Origin: Isoptericola halotolerans
GTDB lineage: Bacteria > Actinomycetota > Actinomycetes > Actinomycetales > Cellulomonadaceae
Assembly (NCBI RefSeq): GCF_013149785.1
Contig: NZ_JABEZU010000004.1
Span: 62,001-126,000, forward strand
Length of the DNA stretch: 64,000 nt
Reading direction: 5' to 3'
Made by a program: the position numbers and the translations under genes. The notes under the pieces are model-generated. The model was not told the origin of the DNA, searched no databases, and was given only the letters and a program-made list of their open reading frames with translations. Of this stretch, positions 1 through 9,683 are shown piece after piece (the stretch's first letter is position 1; the number at the start of each line of letters is the position of its first letter).

Positions 1-1
1 C

Positions 2-154
2 CGCTACGCCGAGACCGGTCCCGCCGCACTCCTGGAGTCTGTGCGGGCGCCGTTCGCCGCCTCCCTGGAGGGCGAGCCCGCGGACCCGGAGAACGTCGTC
101 GAGGCGACGGACGCGGTCCAGCAGATGTGCACCGACGCGGGCTACCAGCGGTGA
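2..154 (+). CDS. 3' end of hypothetical protein, paralog of 354..797 (partial, runs off window)
   Basis: Frame 2 reads RYAETGPAALLESVRAPFAASLEGEPADPENVVEATDAVQQMCTDAGYQR*, aligning without gaps to the C-terminus of 354..797 (AEVGPAAILRGVHEPFAAWLDGGTADPAEIVEAADAVRRMCDEMG). Confidence 0.8.
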   Translation, partial: RYAETGPAALLESVRAPFAASLEGEPADPENVVEATDAVQQMCTDAGYQR

Positions 155-157
155 GCC

Positions 158-225
158 TCTGTCCGGCACTTCGTGATCTGACCGGCAGTTCGAACTGCCG
201 GTCAGATCACGAAGTGCCGGACAGA
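158..225. repeat. Perfect 68-bp intergenic palindrome
   Basis: tctgtccggcacttcgtgatctgaccggcagttc|gaactgccggtcagatcacgaagtgccggacaga; all 34 pairs checked, no loop. Confidence 0.97.
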
Positions 226-353
226 TCGACCCGCGGCCCCGGCCCCGGCGTCGCGCCCGCCCCCACGCGCGTCCGCTCCACCGGAGCGTGACGCTCAGCA
301 CTTACCTCGTCCAGGGCTTGCCTGCACGACGCCCCAGCCTGTCGAATCGGCCC

Positions 354-797
354 ATGCGCGCCCGCTCTGCCGCCGCTGCGGCCCTTCCCCTCGTCCTCCT
401 GGTCACCGCCTGTGCCGACCCGAACTCCGTCGCAGTGACGGACGTCTCCGCCTCGCCGGCCGTCGAGACGCACACCCCGGCCGAGAGCGTGACGCCCCGC
501 GCCACGTGCAACGGCTACTACGTCGGCCGCAGCCACTCCCTGGACCGGAAGATCCGGAAGTGGACCACTGCCGTCGGGGAGCCCGCCACCCCCGAGGCGA
601 CGGCCGAGATCAGCATCATCCGGGACCGGCTCGCGGCGCAGATCCACGACGCCGAGGTCGGCCCGGCGGCGATCCTGCGCGGCGTCCACGAGCCCTTCGC
701 CGCGTGGCTCGACGGCGGCACCGCCGACCCCGCGGAGATCGTCGAGGCCGCCGACGCGGTCCGCCGGATGTGCGACGAGATGGGCGTCGACTTCTGA
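354..797 (+). CDS. Hypothetical lipoprotein
   Basis: ATG at 354, signal peptide with lipobox-like LVTAC; paralog immediately upstream. Confidence 0.75.
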   Translation: MRARSAAAAALPLVLLVTACADPNSVAVTDVSASPAVETHTPAESVTPRATCNGYYVGRSHSLDRKIRKWTTAVGEPATPEATAEISIIRDRLAAQIHDAEVGPAAILRGVHEPFAAWLDGGTADPAEIVEAADAVRRMCDEMGVDF

Positions 798-808
798 CCC
801 ACGGTCCG

Positions 809-2854
809 TCAGCGCCGCTCGAGGAACCTCTGCATCAACGGGCCCGCCGTCGTCGACCCACGGTCCCCGTCCTCGACGAACACCGCCACGGCGAGGTCGT
901 CCGCGATCGCCAGCATCCACACGTGCTGCTGCGACCCGTCGCCGTACTGCGCCGTTCCGGTCTTGGCGCCGACGACGTCGGAGACGTCACCCAGCGACGA
1001 CGCGCTGCCGTCGCTCACGACGCCGCCCATCAGGGCCAGCAGGTCCGCCGCCTCGTCCTGGGTGAGCCCGTCGCCCGCCGGGCCGTCGGCGTCGGCCTCG
1101 GCGTCGGCGTCGGCCTCGGCGGTGTCCTCTTCCCCGGTCACGTCCTGCTCACCCTCGGCGTCCTCACCCTCGGCATCCTCGGGCTCGACGGCGGCGTCGG
1201 CGTTCCGGACCAGCCGAGGCTCCACGCGCTCCCCGGCCGCGACGCTCGCGGCGACCGTCGCCATGCCCAGCGGGGAGGCGAGCACCTCTCCCTGACCGAT
1301 GACCGACTCCGCGTGGCCCGTCTGCGAGGCCTCCTGCGGCACGGAACCGGAGTACCCGGCCGGCGTGGACGGACCGAGTCCCAGGTCCGCGGCGGCCTCG
1401 GCGAGCTCCGCCTGGTCGACCTGCCCGGCCGTGCCGATGAACGCGGTGTTGCACGAGTGCGCGAACGCCGTCGAGAACGACACCTCCCCGGTGGCCGAGG
1501 CGGGGTAGCCCGGCACGTTGGAGTAGGTCCGGCCGTCCACGGTGATCGACTCCGGGCACTCGACGTCGTCCTCGGGGAAGACGCCGGACCGCAGCAGCGC
1601 CAGCGCCGTCGCCACCTTGAACGTGGATCCCGGCGCGTACTGGCCGAGCGTCGCCGTCGACCAACCCTCGCTGCCGGGGCCGCTCGCCGCCGCGAGCACG
1701 TCCCCGGTGGAGGGCCGGATCGCGACGATCGCGCTCGCCGGCTCCACGCCGGACAGGACGCTCTCCGCGAGCACCTGCAGGTCGCGGTCGAGCGTCGTCT
1801 CGAGGTCGGCGCCGTCGGTGGCCTCGACCCGGAACAGCTCGCGGGGCTCCTCACCGTCCTCGGCGTCGGCCTCGGACGGGACGACCCGCACCAGGTACCC
1901 GTCGGTCCCGCGCAGCTGCGCGTCATGGGTGCGCTGCAGGCCGGACGTACCGACCACGTCCCCCGCGGCGATCGCGCCGTCGGACTCCTCGATGATCTCG
2001 GCCGTGGCCTCGCCCGCCCGGCCGAGGACCGGTGCCGCGAACGACGGCGTCGGTCCCAGCTCCATCGTGTCGGCGACGACGTTCACGCCGTCGATCTCCC
2101 GGGCGTCGTCCACCGAGAAGTCGGTGCCCGGGTCCTCCTGACGGACCGTGATCGCCTCCACGAACGCCTTGTCCCCGGCGGCGACCACCCGCGCGACGTA
2201 GTCGTCCGGGTCCGTCCAGATCAGCTTGCCCAGGTCGCGGGCTCTCGCCTCCCACTCCCCGGACTCGACGAACGTCTTGTCGATCCCCACCCGCCACACG
2301 TCCCGCTCGGTGACCAGCGGCTCGCCGTCGATGTCGAGGACGTCGCCCCGGTCCGGCCGCAGCCGCTCGACCTGGATCCGCTCGCCCGCGGCCAGGCCCG
2401 GCACCGCGAGGTCGGTGGCCCACTGCGTCTCCCAGGCCCCCGGCTCCTCGGAGTCCTCCGGCGGCGGAGCCCAGACCAGCTCCGTGGTCGTGGTGTACTC
2501 CCACGCCTGGTCCGCGCTGATCGGCCAGGTCCAGGCGAGCGTGACGTCCGCGCGCGGGGAGCCGTCGTCGGTCTCGGTCTCGGTGACCTCGGCGACGGCG
2601 ACGGTCGGCTCGGCGCCCGCGGTCTCGGCCGCCTCGACGAGCGGTTCGGTCACCGCCACGAGGTGCGCCTGCGGGTCGGCCGAGGTGCTCGTGGCGAGCG
2701 GCACGCCGGCCAGGTCGCCGGCGGTCAGCGCCGCCGCCAGGGAGTCCGCCGCCTCCGACGCCGGTGGTCGGTCCGCTCCGGTGCACGCGGCCAGCGCCAG
2801 CACGGCGGCAGGGCTGAGCAGGGCGGTCAGGGTGATCGATGTCCGACGGCGCAC
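809..2854 (-). CDS. Class B penicillin-binding protein (transpeptidase), lipoprotein-type N-terminus
   Basis: SxxK (PGSTFK), SxN (SCN), KTG (AKTGTA); RGDVLD dimerisation-domain motif; LAAC lipobox; TACTCT 6 nt before the GTG. Confidence 0.92.
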   Translation of the reverse strand: MRRRTSITLTALLSPAAVLALAACTGADRPPASEAADSLAAALTAGDLAGVPLATSTSADPQAHLVAVTEPLVEAAETAGAEPTVAVAEVTETETDDGSPRADVTLAWTWPISADQAWEYTTTTELVWAPPPEDSEEPGAWETQWATDLAVPGLAAGERIQVERLRPDRGDVLDIDGEPLVTERDVWRVGIDKTFVESGEWEARARDLGKLIWTDPDDYVARVVAAGDKAFVEAITVRQEDPGTDFSVDDAREIDGVNVVADTMELGPTPSFAAPVLGRAGEATAEIIEESDGAIAAGDVVGTSGLQRTHDAQLRGTDGYLVRVVPSEADAEDGEEPRELFRVEATDGADLETTLDRDLQVLAESVLSGVEPASAIVAIRPSTGDVLAAASGPGSEGWSTATLGQYAPGSTFKVATALALLRSGVFPEDDVECPESITVDGRTYSNVPGYPASATGEVSFSTAFAHSCNTAFIGTAGQVDQAELAEAAADLGLGPSTPAGYSGSVPQEASQTGHAESVIGQGEVLASPLGMATVAASVAAGERVEPRLVRNADAAVEPEDAEGEDAEGEQDVTGEEDTAEADADAEADADGPAGDGLTQDEAADLLALMGGVVSDGSASSLGDVSDVVGAKTGTAQYGDGSQQHVWMLAIADDLAVAVFVEDGDRGSTTAGPLMQRFLERR

Positions 2855-2895
2855 CTGGTGAGAGTAGCGTCCCCGCCGCGCCGACTGAAGGGTTG

Positions 2896-4113
2896 CTACC
2901 GCGCGGCGGGGCCGAGCGCCGCGCCGAGACGACCGACCGCCTCGGTGAGAGTCTGTTCCGACGCCGCCAGGTTGAGGCGGAGCCACCCCCGCCCCCCGGC
3001 ACCGAAGTGGCGTCCGTCGCCGAGCGCCACGCGGGCGGTGCGCAGCACGTGGTGGTGCGGGTCGGAGCCCTCGGGGACCGCCGCGCGCACGTCCAGCCAC
3101 ATCAGGTAGGTGGCCTCGCCGGGCAGGACCCGCACGGCGGGCGCGTGCTCGGCCAGCAGCCGCGTGACCAGCTCCCGGTTGCGCACGATCCCCGCCCGCA
3201 CGGCGTCCAGCCACTCGTCACCGTCGGTGTAGGCCGCGGCGTGCGCGATCACCGCCAGGTGGTTGACGGCGTGCCCGGCGACCTCGGGGACGCGGCGCAG
3301 GTCGTCGGTCGCCGCCCGCCCGCCCACCGCCGTGGCGGCGCGCAGTCCCGCGAGGTTGAACGCCTTCGAGGCCGAGTGCACCGCGATCGCGCTCTCGCTG
3401 CCCGCGACCGACAGCAGCGGGGTGAAGTGCGTGCCGCCGTCGGGCACGAGGTCCGCGAACGTGAAGGGTGCGTGGATCTCGTCGGCGACCACCCGGACCC
3501 CGTACCGGTCCGCCAGCGCCAGGACGGCCTCGAGCTCGTCGCGGGTGTGGACGGTGCCGGTCGGGTTGTGCGGGCTGCACAGCAGCAGCACGGCACGTCG
3601 GCCCGACCCGGGCGGTCCACCCGACCGGCCGTGACCGCCGGCCCCGGTCGCCTCGCGGAACGCCGCCTCCAGCGTCGCGAGGTCCAGCCGGCCTGCCTCG
3701 TCGAGGGGCGCCTCCACGACCTGGCGCCCCTCGTGGCGGCTGTAGGCGTAGAAGGGCGGGTAGACGGGCGGTGTCACCACCACCGCGTCCCCGGGTGCCG
3801 TCAGGACCCTGACCACCTCGGTGATCGCGACCATGACGTCCGGCAGGGTGCGGCTGCTCGCCACGTCCGGCGCCCAGCCCCAGCGACGCTCGGCGAACGG
3901 GGCCAGGGCAGCGGCGTACCCGGTGCCGCGGTCGTAGCCGGTGTCCCCGATCTCGAGGGCGCGGGTCACGGCCTCGACGAGGAACGGCGCCTGCGGCACG
4001 TCCATCTCCGCGACGAACAGCGGCAGCACGTCCTCGGGGTACGTGCGCCACTTGACGGAGGTCCGACGGCGCAGGTCGGCCAGGGAGAGCTGGTCCAGGG
4101 GGTTGTCGGTCAC
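2896..4113 (-). CDS. MalY/PatB-family PLP-dependent C-S lyase (cystathionine beta-lyase-like)
   Basis: SVKWR..PLFVAEMD, LCSPHNPTG, VADEIH, SASKAFNLAGL, EATYLMWLD. Confidence 0.92.
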   Translation of the reverse strand: MTDNPLDQLSLADLRRRTSVKWRTYPEDVLPLFVAEMDVPQAPFLVEAVTRALEIGDTGYDRGTGYAAALAPFAERRWGWAPDVASSRTLPDVMVAITEVVRVLTAPGDAVVVTPPVYPPFYAYSRHEGRQVVEAPLDEAGRLDLATLEAAFREATGAGGHGRSGGPPGSGRRAVLLLCSPHNPTGTVHTRDELEAVLALADRYGVRVVADEIHAPFTFADLVPDGGTHFTPLLSVAGSESAIAVHSASKAFNLAGLRAATAVGGRAATDDLRRVPEVAGHAVNHLAVIAHAAAYTDGDEWLDAVRAGIVRNRELVTRLLAEHAPAVRVLPGEATYLMWLDVRAAVPEGSDPHHHVLRTARVALGDGRHFGAGGRGWLRLNLAASEQTLTEAVGRLGAALGPAAR

Positions 4114-4151
4114 CCCCTTGGTCTACCAGACGTCTCGGTGACCGCGACCGG

Positions 4152-4844
4152 TCAGACCTCGGCGGGGCGCACGACCTCCACCCACTGGTCGGCACGCAGA
4201 CCCTCGGGACCCGACTCCAGGCCCGCCCAGGTCCGGGCGTCCTCGACCGTGGCCTGCAGCAGGTCCCGCAGGCGTGCGTCGATGTCGGGCACGTAGGCCT
4301 CGCTGATCCCCTGCACCGCCGTCGACACCACGGACGGTGCGGCGTCGCGCACGAACCGCTTCGGCTTGACGTGGGTGCCCGCGCAGAAGCGCCGCGCCCA
4401 CTCGGCGGTCCTCGGTGCAGCCTCCAGCGCGGCCTCGCTCTGCGGGCTCAACGTGCCGTCCGGGCGCCCGTCGAGGACGTCGAGCATGCGCTCCGCCCCG
4501 AGCACGGCCACCGCCAGCGTCTGCTGCCGGTCGGCCGGGGCGACCGGCAGCGCCGTCTGCGCCGCCCGCAGCGCGATGCGCACGTCCCAGCGCGGGTCGT
4601 CGCTGGTCAGGCCGATGACCGACGGGATCATGGTCGCCAACCGCGGGCGGGCCTGGTCGGACGTGAGGTCGTTGACCGCCCGGGCCAGCATCGCCAGCAA
4701 CGGATGCGTGCACTGCGGATGGTCGCTCCAGCGCTCCCCGGCGAGGAAGGACGCGAGCTCCATGAAGCACGCACCCTTCTTCGGGTTGCGGTGCTTTCCC
4801 CGCCCCAGCATGGGCAGGGCGTCGAACGTTCCAGCGGTTCCCAC
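4152..4844 (-). CDS. Conserved actinobacterial hypothetical protein
   Basis: GRGKHRNPKKGACFMELASFLAGERWSDHPQCTHP motif; start uncertain (GTG 4844 or ATG 4811). Confidence 0.75.
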   Translation of the reverse strand: MGTAGTFDALPMLGRGKHRNPKKGACFMELASFLAGERWSDHPQCTHPLLAMLARAVNDLTSDQARPRLATMIPSVIGLTSDDPRWDVRIALRAAQTALPVAPADRQQTLAVAVLGAERMLDVLDGRPDGTLSPQSEAALEAAPRTAEWARRFCAGTHVKPKRFVRDAAPSVVSTAVQGISEAYVPDIDARLRDLLQATVEDARTWAGLESGPEGLRADQWVEVVRPAEV

Positions 4845-4996
4845 CACGAGTCCACCCCCGTATCGGTTCCTGCTCCCAGTGTGCGCGCGGTGTGACGCAG
4901 GTCGCAACGGGTGGGGCCGAAGAACCTCCGGCACGGGCGGCGCGGCGAGCGCCTCGATGACCCCCGATCGCACGCATCGGGGGGCATACTGGGTCA

Positions 4997-7336
4997 GTGC
5001 CCGAGACGCAGGTCCTGGGTTCGCTGCTCCGTGGCGCCCCGGACGAGGCCATCGCCGACGAGGTGTTCGACCGCATCGTGCGGCTCGTCCACCGCAACCT
5101 GGGCGTGCCCTCAGCCTGCTTCGTCGTCCTCGCCGACGGGCTCCAGTACCTGCCCGGGGCGGTGGGCATGCCCGCGGCGATCCAGCAGGAACGGGCCACG
5201 CGGCTCGCCGAGCCCGCGACGGCCCTCGTCGTGGCCGAGCGGTCGGCGTTCGTGATCGACGACACGGACAACGACCCTCGCTTCAGCCGCCGCTTCGTCG
5301 CTCAGGAGCTCGCGGCCCGCGCCGTCGCGGGCTACCCCGTCGAGGACGGCCGGGGCACCGTCGTCGGCGCGCTGTGGGCGATCGACACGACGCCCCGGCG
5401 GTGGACCGACGACGAGCTCGCCACCCTCGGCGACCTGGCGGCCTCCTGCTCCGGAGAGCTCCGGCTGCGTGCGGAGCGCGAACGGGCCCGTCGCGCCGAG
5501 CAGGTCGCCTTCCGCGCCCACCAGCGAGCGCAGTTCCTCCTCGGGCTCTCCGAGCAGTTCGCCGGGGTGACCACCCTCGAGGAGGTGGAGGAGACCATCG
5601 CCCAGGTGGTCGGCACCGGGATGGGGGCTCGCTGGTGCTCCCTCGCCCTCGTCGACGCCGACCGGCGGCACCTGCGCTACGTGACGGTCGGGCACCAGGA
5701 GCCCGGCTTCCCGGACGCCATGCGCTCGACCCGCCTCGACGCACCCCGGCCGGACACCGCCGTCGTCGCCGAGCGCCGGACCCTCTTCTACCGCGACCAG
5801 CAGGAGATGAGCGAGGCCTACCCGGCGATGGCCGGCGTGGGCCTCATGTCCGCGGGAGCCCGGTCCTTCCTGCCCGTCATGACCGACGACGACGTGATCG
5901 GCGTGGTCATCTGCGTGTGGGAGGAGACCCGGGAGCACGACGCCGGCACCGCGGCCCTGGAGACGACCCTCAGCCGGTACGTGGCGATGGCGCTGGAGCG
6001 GGTGGCGCTGCTCGAGGCCCGACGCCGGGTGGCGACGACGCTGCAGGAGTCCCTGCTCTCCGAGGCCCCGGACGTGGCGCACCTGGACATCGCCACGACG
6101 TACGCTCCCGCCGCCCGCACCGACCAGGTCGGCGGGGACTGGTACGACGCCGTGGTGCGCGACGAGCGCACGGCCGTGCTGACCATCGGGGACGTCACCG
6201 GCCACGACGTGAACGCCGCCGCCCAGATGGGCCAGCTCCGCTCGATGCTGCGAGCGCTCGCCTGGAGCCACGACGAGTCCCCCGCCGCGATGCTGTCGCG
6301 TCTCGACCGCGCCAACGCCACGCTCGGCCCGAACGCACTGGCGACCGCCGTCGTCGTGCGCCTCGACCACGACGAGCACCCGCAGGGGGACACCGGGCCC
6401 GACGGCACACCCGAGCGCGGGTACACCCTGACGTGGTCCGACGCCGGGCACCCGCACCCCCTCGTGCTGCGCCGCGACGGCACGGTCGAGCGGCTGGACG
6501 CCCGCACCGACATGCTGCTCGGCATCGACCCGGACACCGAGCGTCACGACCACGTCACGCGGCTGCTGCCCGGTGACACCCTCCTGCTCTACACCGACGG
6601 GCTCGTGGAACGGCGCGGTGTCATGGTCGCGGACCGCGTCTGCGACCTCGTCCAGGCGCTGGCGGACACCCACGGGGAGGCGACGGCGGCGCTGCCGCGG
6701 GCGCTCGTGCGACGGCTCGTGGGGCGGTCCCAGCGCGACGACGTCGCCGTGCTCGCGGCCCGTGCCCGCGTCCCGGCGCCCTCCGGGCCGCCCGGGGAGG
6801 ACGGACCGGCCACGGCGGAGCGCAAGGTCGCCGAGGACCTCAGCGACCTCGGGCCTGCGCGCCGGTGGGTCGACGACGTGCTCGAGTCGTGCGACGTGGA
6901 CGCCGAGCAGCGGCGCACGGCGATGCTGCTCGCCAGCGAGGTCCTCACCAACGCCCTCGAGCACGGGGCGGGGCCGATCGTGGCGACCGTCGAGGTGGAC
7001 GACCGTCGCCTGCGCGTCGGGGTGCGGGACGGCTGCACGCGTCCGCCGGTGCTGCGCGCCCCGCAGCCGCAGGACCTCTCCGGCCGCGGCGTGCAGTTCC
7101 TCGAGAAGCTGGCCTCCCGGTGGGGGGTGCAGCAGCACCAGGTCGGCGACGTCGTCGGTCGGCACGCGGCCGTCGGTGCCGGCAAGACGGTGTGGTTCGA
7201 GATCGACCGGACGGCGCGCCCGCTGACCGGCACGGTCCCGGTGGTGCGGCGCTCGTCCCCCGCCACCAGCTCGGTGCCGCTGGTCGAGAGGGTGCTGCCG
7301 TGGACGCGCGACGAGGCGCGCCGTCGCCGGACCTGA
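4997..7336 (+). CDS. GAF-GAF-SpoIIE (PP2C) phosphatase with C-terminal RsbW-like HATPase domain
   Basis: VGGDWYD, IGDVTGH, AGHP, LYTDGLVE, DDVAVL; C-terminal SEVLTNALEHG, SGRG, GKTVWFE. Confidence 0.92.
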   Translation: MPETQVLGSLLRGAPDEAIADEVFDRIVRLVHRNLGVPSACFVVLADGLQYLPGAVGMPAAIQQERATRLAEPATALVVAERSAFVIDDTDNDPRFSRRFVAQELAARAVAGYPVEDGRGTVVGALWAIDTTPRRWTDDELATLGDLAASCSGELRLRAERERARRAEQVAFRAHQRAQFLLGLSEQFAGVTTLEEVEETIAQVVGTGMGARWCSLALVDADRRHLRYVTVGHQEPGFPDAMRSTRLDAPRPDTAVVAERRTLFYRDQQEMSEAYPAMAGVGLMSAGARSFLPVMTDDDVIGVVICVWEETREHDAGTAALETTLSRYVAMALERVALLEARRRVATTLQESLLSEAPDVAHLDIATTYAPAARTDQVGGDWYDAVVRDERTAVLTIGDVTGHDVNAAAQMGQLRSMLRALAWSHDESPAAMLSRLDRANATLGPNALATAVVVRLDHDEHPQGDTGPDGTPERGYTLTWSDAGHPHPLVLRRDGTVERLDARTDMLLGIDPDTERHDHVTRLLPGDTLLLYTDGLVERRGVMVADRVCDLVQALADTHGEATAALPRALVRRLVGRSQRDDVAVLAARARVPAPSGPPGEDGPATAERKVAEDLSDLGPARRWVDDVLESCDVDAEQRRTAMLLASEVLTNALEHGAGPIVATVEVDDRRLRVGVRDGCTRPPVLRAPQPQDLSGRGVQFLEKLASRWGVQQHQVGDVVGRHAAVGAGKTVWFEIDRTARPLTGTVPVVRRSSPATSSVPLVERVLPWTRDEARRRRT

Positions 7337-7377
7337 TCCGCGCGCGGGTGTCGGTACCTCGTCCTACCGTGGAGAGC

Positions 7378-8379
7378 ATGACGCAGACCGTCACGGACCT
7401 GGGCGACGCGCCCGACGTCGGCGCACAGCTCGAGCAGTACCGCCGCGAGCTCACCGGCTACTGCTACCGCATGCTCGGCGGCGCGGGCGGCGCGGACGAC
7501 GCCGTGCAGGAGACGATGCTGCGCGCCTGGCGTGGCTTCGACCGCTTCGAGGGGCGGTCGTCGCTGCGGTCCTGGCTGTACCGGATCGCGACCAACGTGT
7601 GCTTCGACGCGTTGGCGGCGTCCAAGCGGCGTGAGCGGCCGATGGGCATCGGAGGGCCGCAGCCGGCCGAGATCGAGTACTTCGGCGAGACCCTGGCCGA
7701 GGAACGCTGGGTGGAGCCGGTGCCCGACGACGCCGTGCTGCCCCGCGAGGGCGACCCGGCCGACATGGCGATCGGGCGGGAGTCGGTCCGGCTCGCCTTC
7801 GTCGCCGCGCTGCAGTACCTGCCCCCGCGGCAGCGGGCGGTGCTGCTCCTCCGCGAGGTCCTGCGGTGGTCGGCGGCCGAGACCGCCACGCTGCTGGGCA
7901 CGACCGTCGCCTCGGTGAACAGCGCGTTGCAGCGCGCCCGCGCCACCCTCGGCGACCGCGCCCTGGACCGCGACGAGTCGCGCTGGGGCACGGTCGACGA
8001 CGACCTCCTGGAGCGCTACCTCGACGCGTTCGAGCGCTACGACATGGAGGCGCTCGTCGGTCTGCTGCGCGAGGACGCCGTGCTCAACATGCCGCCGTAC
8101 ACCCTGTGGGTCTCGGGGCCCCGGGAGATCGCACGCTGGATGCTCGGGCCGGGGCACGAGTGTCGGGGGTCGCGGTGCCTGCGGGTGCGCGCCAACGGCT
8201 CGATGGCGTTCGGGCAGTACCGTGCTGCGCCCGACGGCGGGTGGACGCCCTGGGCGCTGGTGGTGCTGGAGGACGACGGCGCCGGCCGGGTCACGGGCAT
8301 CACCGCGTTCCTCGACACGGCGACGTGGTTCCCGCGGTTCGGGCTGCCGGACCGACTGCCCACCGAACCGGCGACGTAG
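7378..8379 (+). CDS. ECF sigma-70 factor with C-terminal SnoaL-like extension (SigG-like)
   Basis: YCYRMLG..ADDAVQET, RSWLYRIATN, LPPRQRAVLLLREVL, SVNSALQRARATL, C-terminal MPP motif. Confidence 0.92.
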   Translation: MTQTVTDLGDAPDVGAQLEQYRRELTGYCYRMLGGAGGADDAVQETMLRAWRGFDRFEGRSSLRSWLYRIATNVCFDALAASKRRERPMGIGGPQPAEIEYFGETLAEERWVEPVPDDAVLPREGDPADMAIGRESVRLAFVAALQYLPPRQRAVLLLREVLRWSAAETATLLGTTVASVNSALQRARATLGDRALDRDESRWGTVDDDLLERYLDAFERYDMEALVGLLREDAVLNMPPYTLWVSGPREIARWMLGPGHECRGSRCLRVRANGSMAFGQYRAAPDGGWTPWALVVLEDDGAGRVTGITAFLDTATWFPRFGLPDRLPTEPAT

Positions 8380-8402
8380 CGCCGGTCCGCGATGATGGGG
8401 CG

Positions 8403-8846
8403 GTGACCGCGACCCGTGCCCCGCACCGTGACCCGGCCCTGCTCGGGCTCGTCGCGCTCGGTGGCGCTGCCGGGTCGGCGGCGCGGTACGTGGTGGCCCT
8501 GGTGCTGCCGACACAGGCCGGGGGCTGGCCCTGGGCCACGTTCACGGTGAACCTGGTCGGTGCGTTCGCCCTGGGCTGGCTCCTCGAGGCGCTCGCACGG
8601 CACGGTCCTGAGACGGACCGGCGCCGTCGGCTGCGGCTGTTCGCCGGCACCGGTGTGCTCGGTGGGTTCACCACCTACTCGGCGCTGGCCCTGGACGTCG
8701 AGACGCTCCTGGCCGACGGACAGTGGCCGACGGCGGCGGCCTACGCCGGGGCGACGCTCCTGCTCGGGCTCGTCGCTGCGCTGCTGGGCGTGCTGCTCGG
8801 TCTGCGGGCGTCCGGCTCGGGCCGGCGGGCGCGAGGTGACCGATGA
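8403..8846 (+). CDS. crcB: Fluoride efflux channel Fluc/CrcB
   Basis: GGAAGSAARY, PWATFTVNLVGAF, GVLGGFTTYS. Confidence 0.92.
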   Translation: MTATRAPHRDPALLGLVALGGAAGSAARYVVALVLPTQAGGWPWATFTVNLVGAFALGWLLEALARHGPETDRRRRLRLFAGTGVLGGFTTYSALALDVETLLADGQWPTAAAYAGATLLLGLVAALLGVLLGLRASGSGRRARGDR

Positions 8847-9244
8847 GCGGCACCGTGCACCCCTTGCTGGGTGCGCTGCTGGTCGGGGTCGGCGGCGGGC
8901 TGGGTGCGGCCGCCCGGTTCTGGGTCGCCGACGGCATCAAGGCCCGCCGTCCGAACGGCTTCCCGTGGGGGACCTGGATCGTCAACGCCGTCGGTTCCTT
9001 GCTGATCGGCCTGCTGACGGGCTGGCTCGTCCTCGCCGACGGGAACGAGCCGTGGCGGCTGCTGCTCGCGGTCGGCCTCTGCGGCGGCTTCACCACCTTC
9101 TCGACCGCGACCGTGGAGACGGTGACGATGTTCCGTGGCGGTCGGCACGTCGCGGCCGTGCTGCACTCGGTGAGCACGCTGGCCGTGTCGGTGCTCGCCG
9201 CCGTCGTCGGCATCGTCCTGACCAGCGCGCTCATGGGAGGGTGA
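8843..9244 (+). CDS. crcB: Fluoride efflux channel Fluc/CrcB (second copy)
   Basis: GGGLGAAARF, FPWGTWIVNAVGS, GLCGGFTTFS; ATGA overlap with first copy. Confidence 0.92.
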   Translation: MSGTVHPLLGALLVGVGGGLGAAARFWVADGIKARRPNGFPWGTWIVNAVGSLLIGLLTGWLVLADGNEPWRLLLAVGLCGGFTTFSTATVETVTMFRGGRHVAAVLHSVSTLAVSVLAAVVGIVLTSALMGG

Positions 9245-9248
9245 GGAC

Positions 9249-9671
9249 ATGAAGCGCGCGCTGATCGTGGTCCTGGCGCTGCTCGGGACGGTGTCGGTCG
9301 CCTCCGGGCTGTCCGGGATCCTCCTCGGACCTGAGTTCGCACCGGGCGGCGGGCCGACGACCGCCAGCGTGGACAGCGAGTACCGGTTCACGAACGCCTT
9401 CTGGCTCGCCGGGGGCATCGCCCTGTGGTGGTCGCTGCGCCGGCCGGGTGAGCGGGCGTCGACGACGCGGGTGGTGCTGGCCGTCGCCTTCCTCGGCGGG
9501 CTGGCGCGACTGGTCTCGGTCGCGGCCGTCGGGTGGCCGCACCCGGTGTTCGTCGGGACACTGGCTCTCGAGCTCGTCGTCGTGCCCGTGATCGTCTGGT
9601 GGCACGTGCGGGTCTTCGACGGTGCTCGACGGCCCGGGGCCCGCACTCCGGTCCCTGACGGTTCCGCCTGA
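9249..9671 (+). CDS. DUF4345-like membrane protein
   Basis: DSEYRF and FLGGLARLVS motifs, about four hydrophobic segments. Confidence 0.75.
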   Translation: MKRALIVVLALLGTVSVASGLSGILLGPEFAPGGGPTTASVDSEYRFTNAFWLAGGIALWWSLRRPGERASTTRVVLAVAFLGGLARLVSVAAVGWPHPVFVGTLALELVVVPVIVWWHVRVFDGARRPGARTPVPDGSA

Positions 9672-9683
9672 GAGGCTAGGCCC

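Noticed and set aside
1075..1200. Repetitive stretch inside the PBP gene
   Set aside because: In-frame acidic low-complexity loop before the KTG motif, not an independent element
8380..8402. Fluoride riboswitch before crcB
   Set aside because: Only 23 nt of intergenic space and no recognisable aptamer
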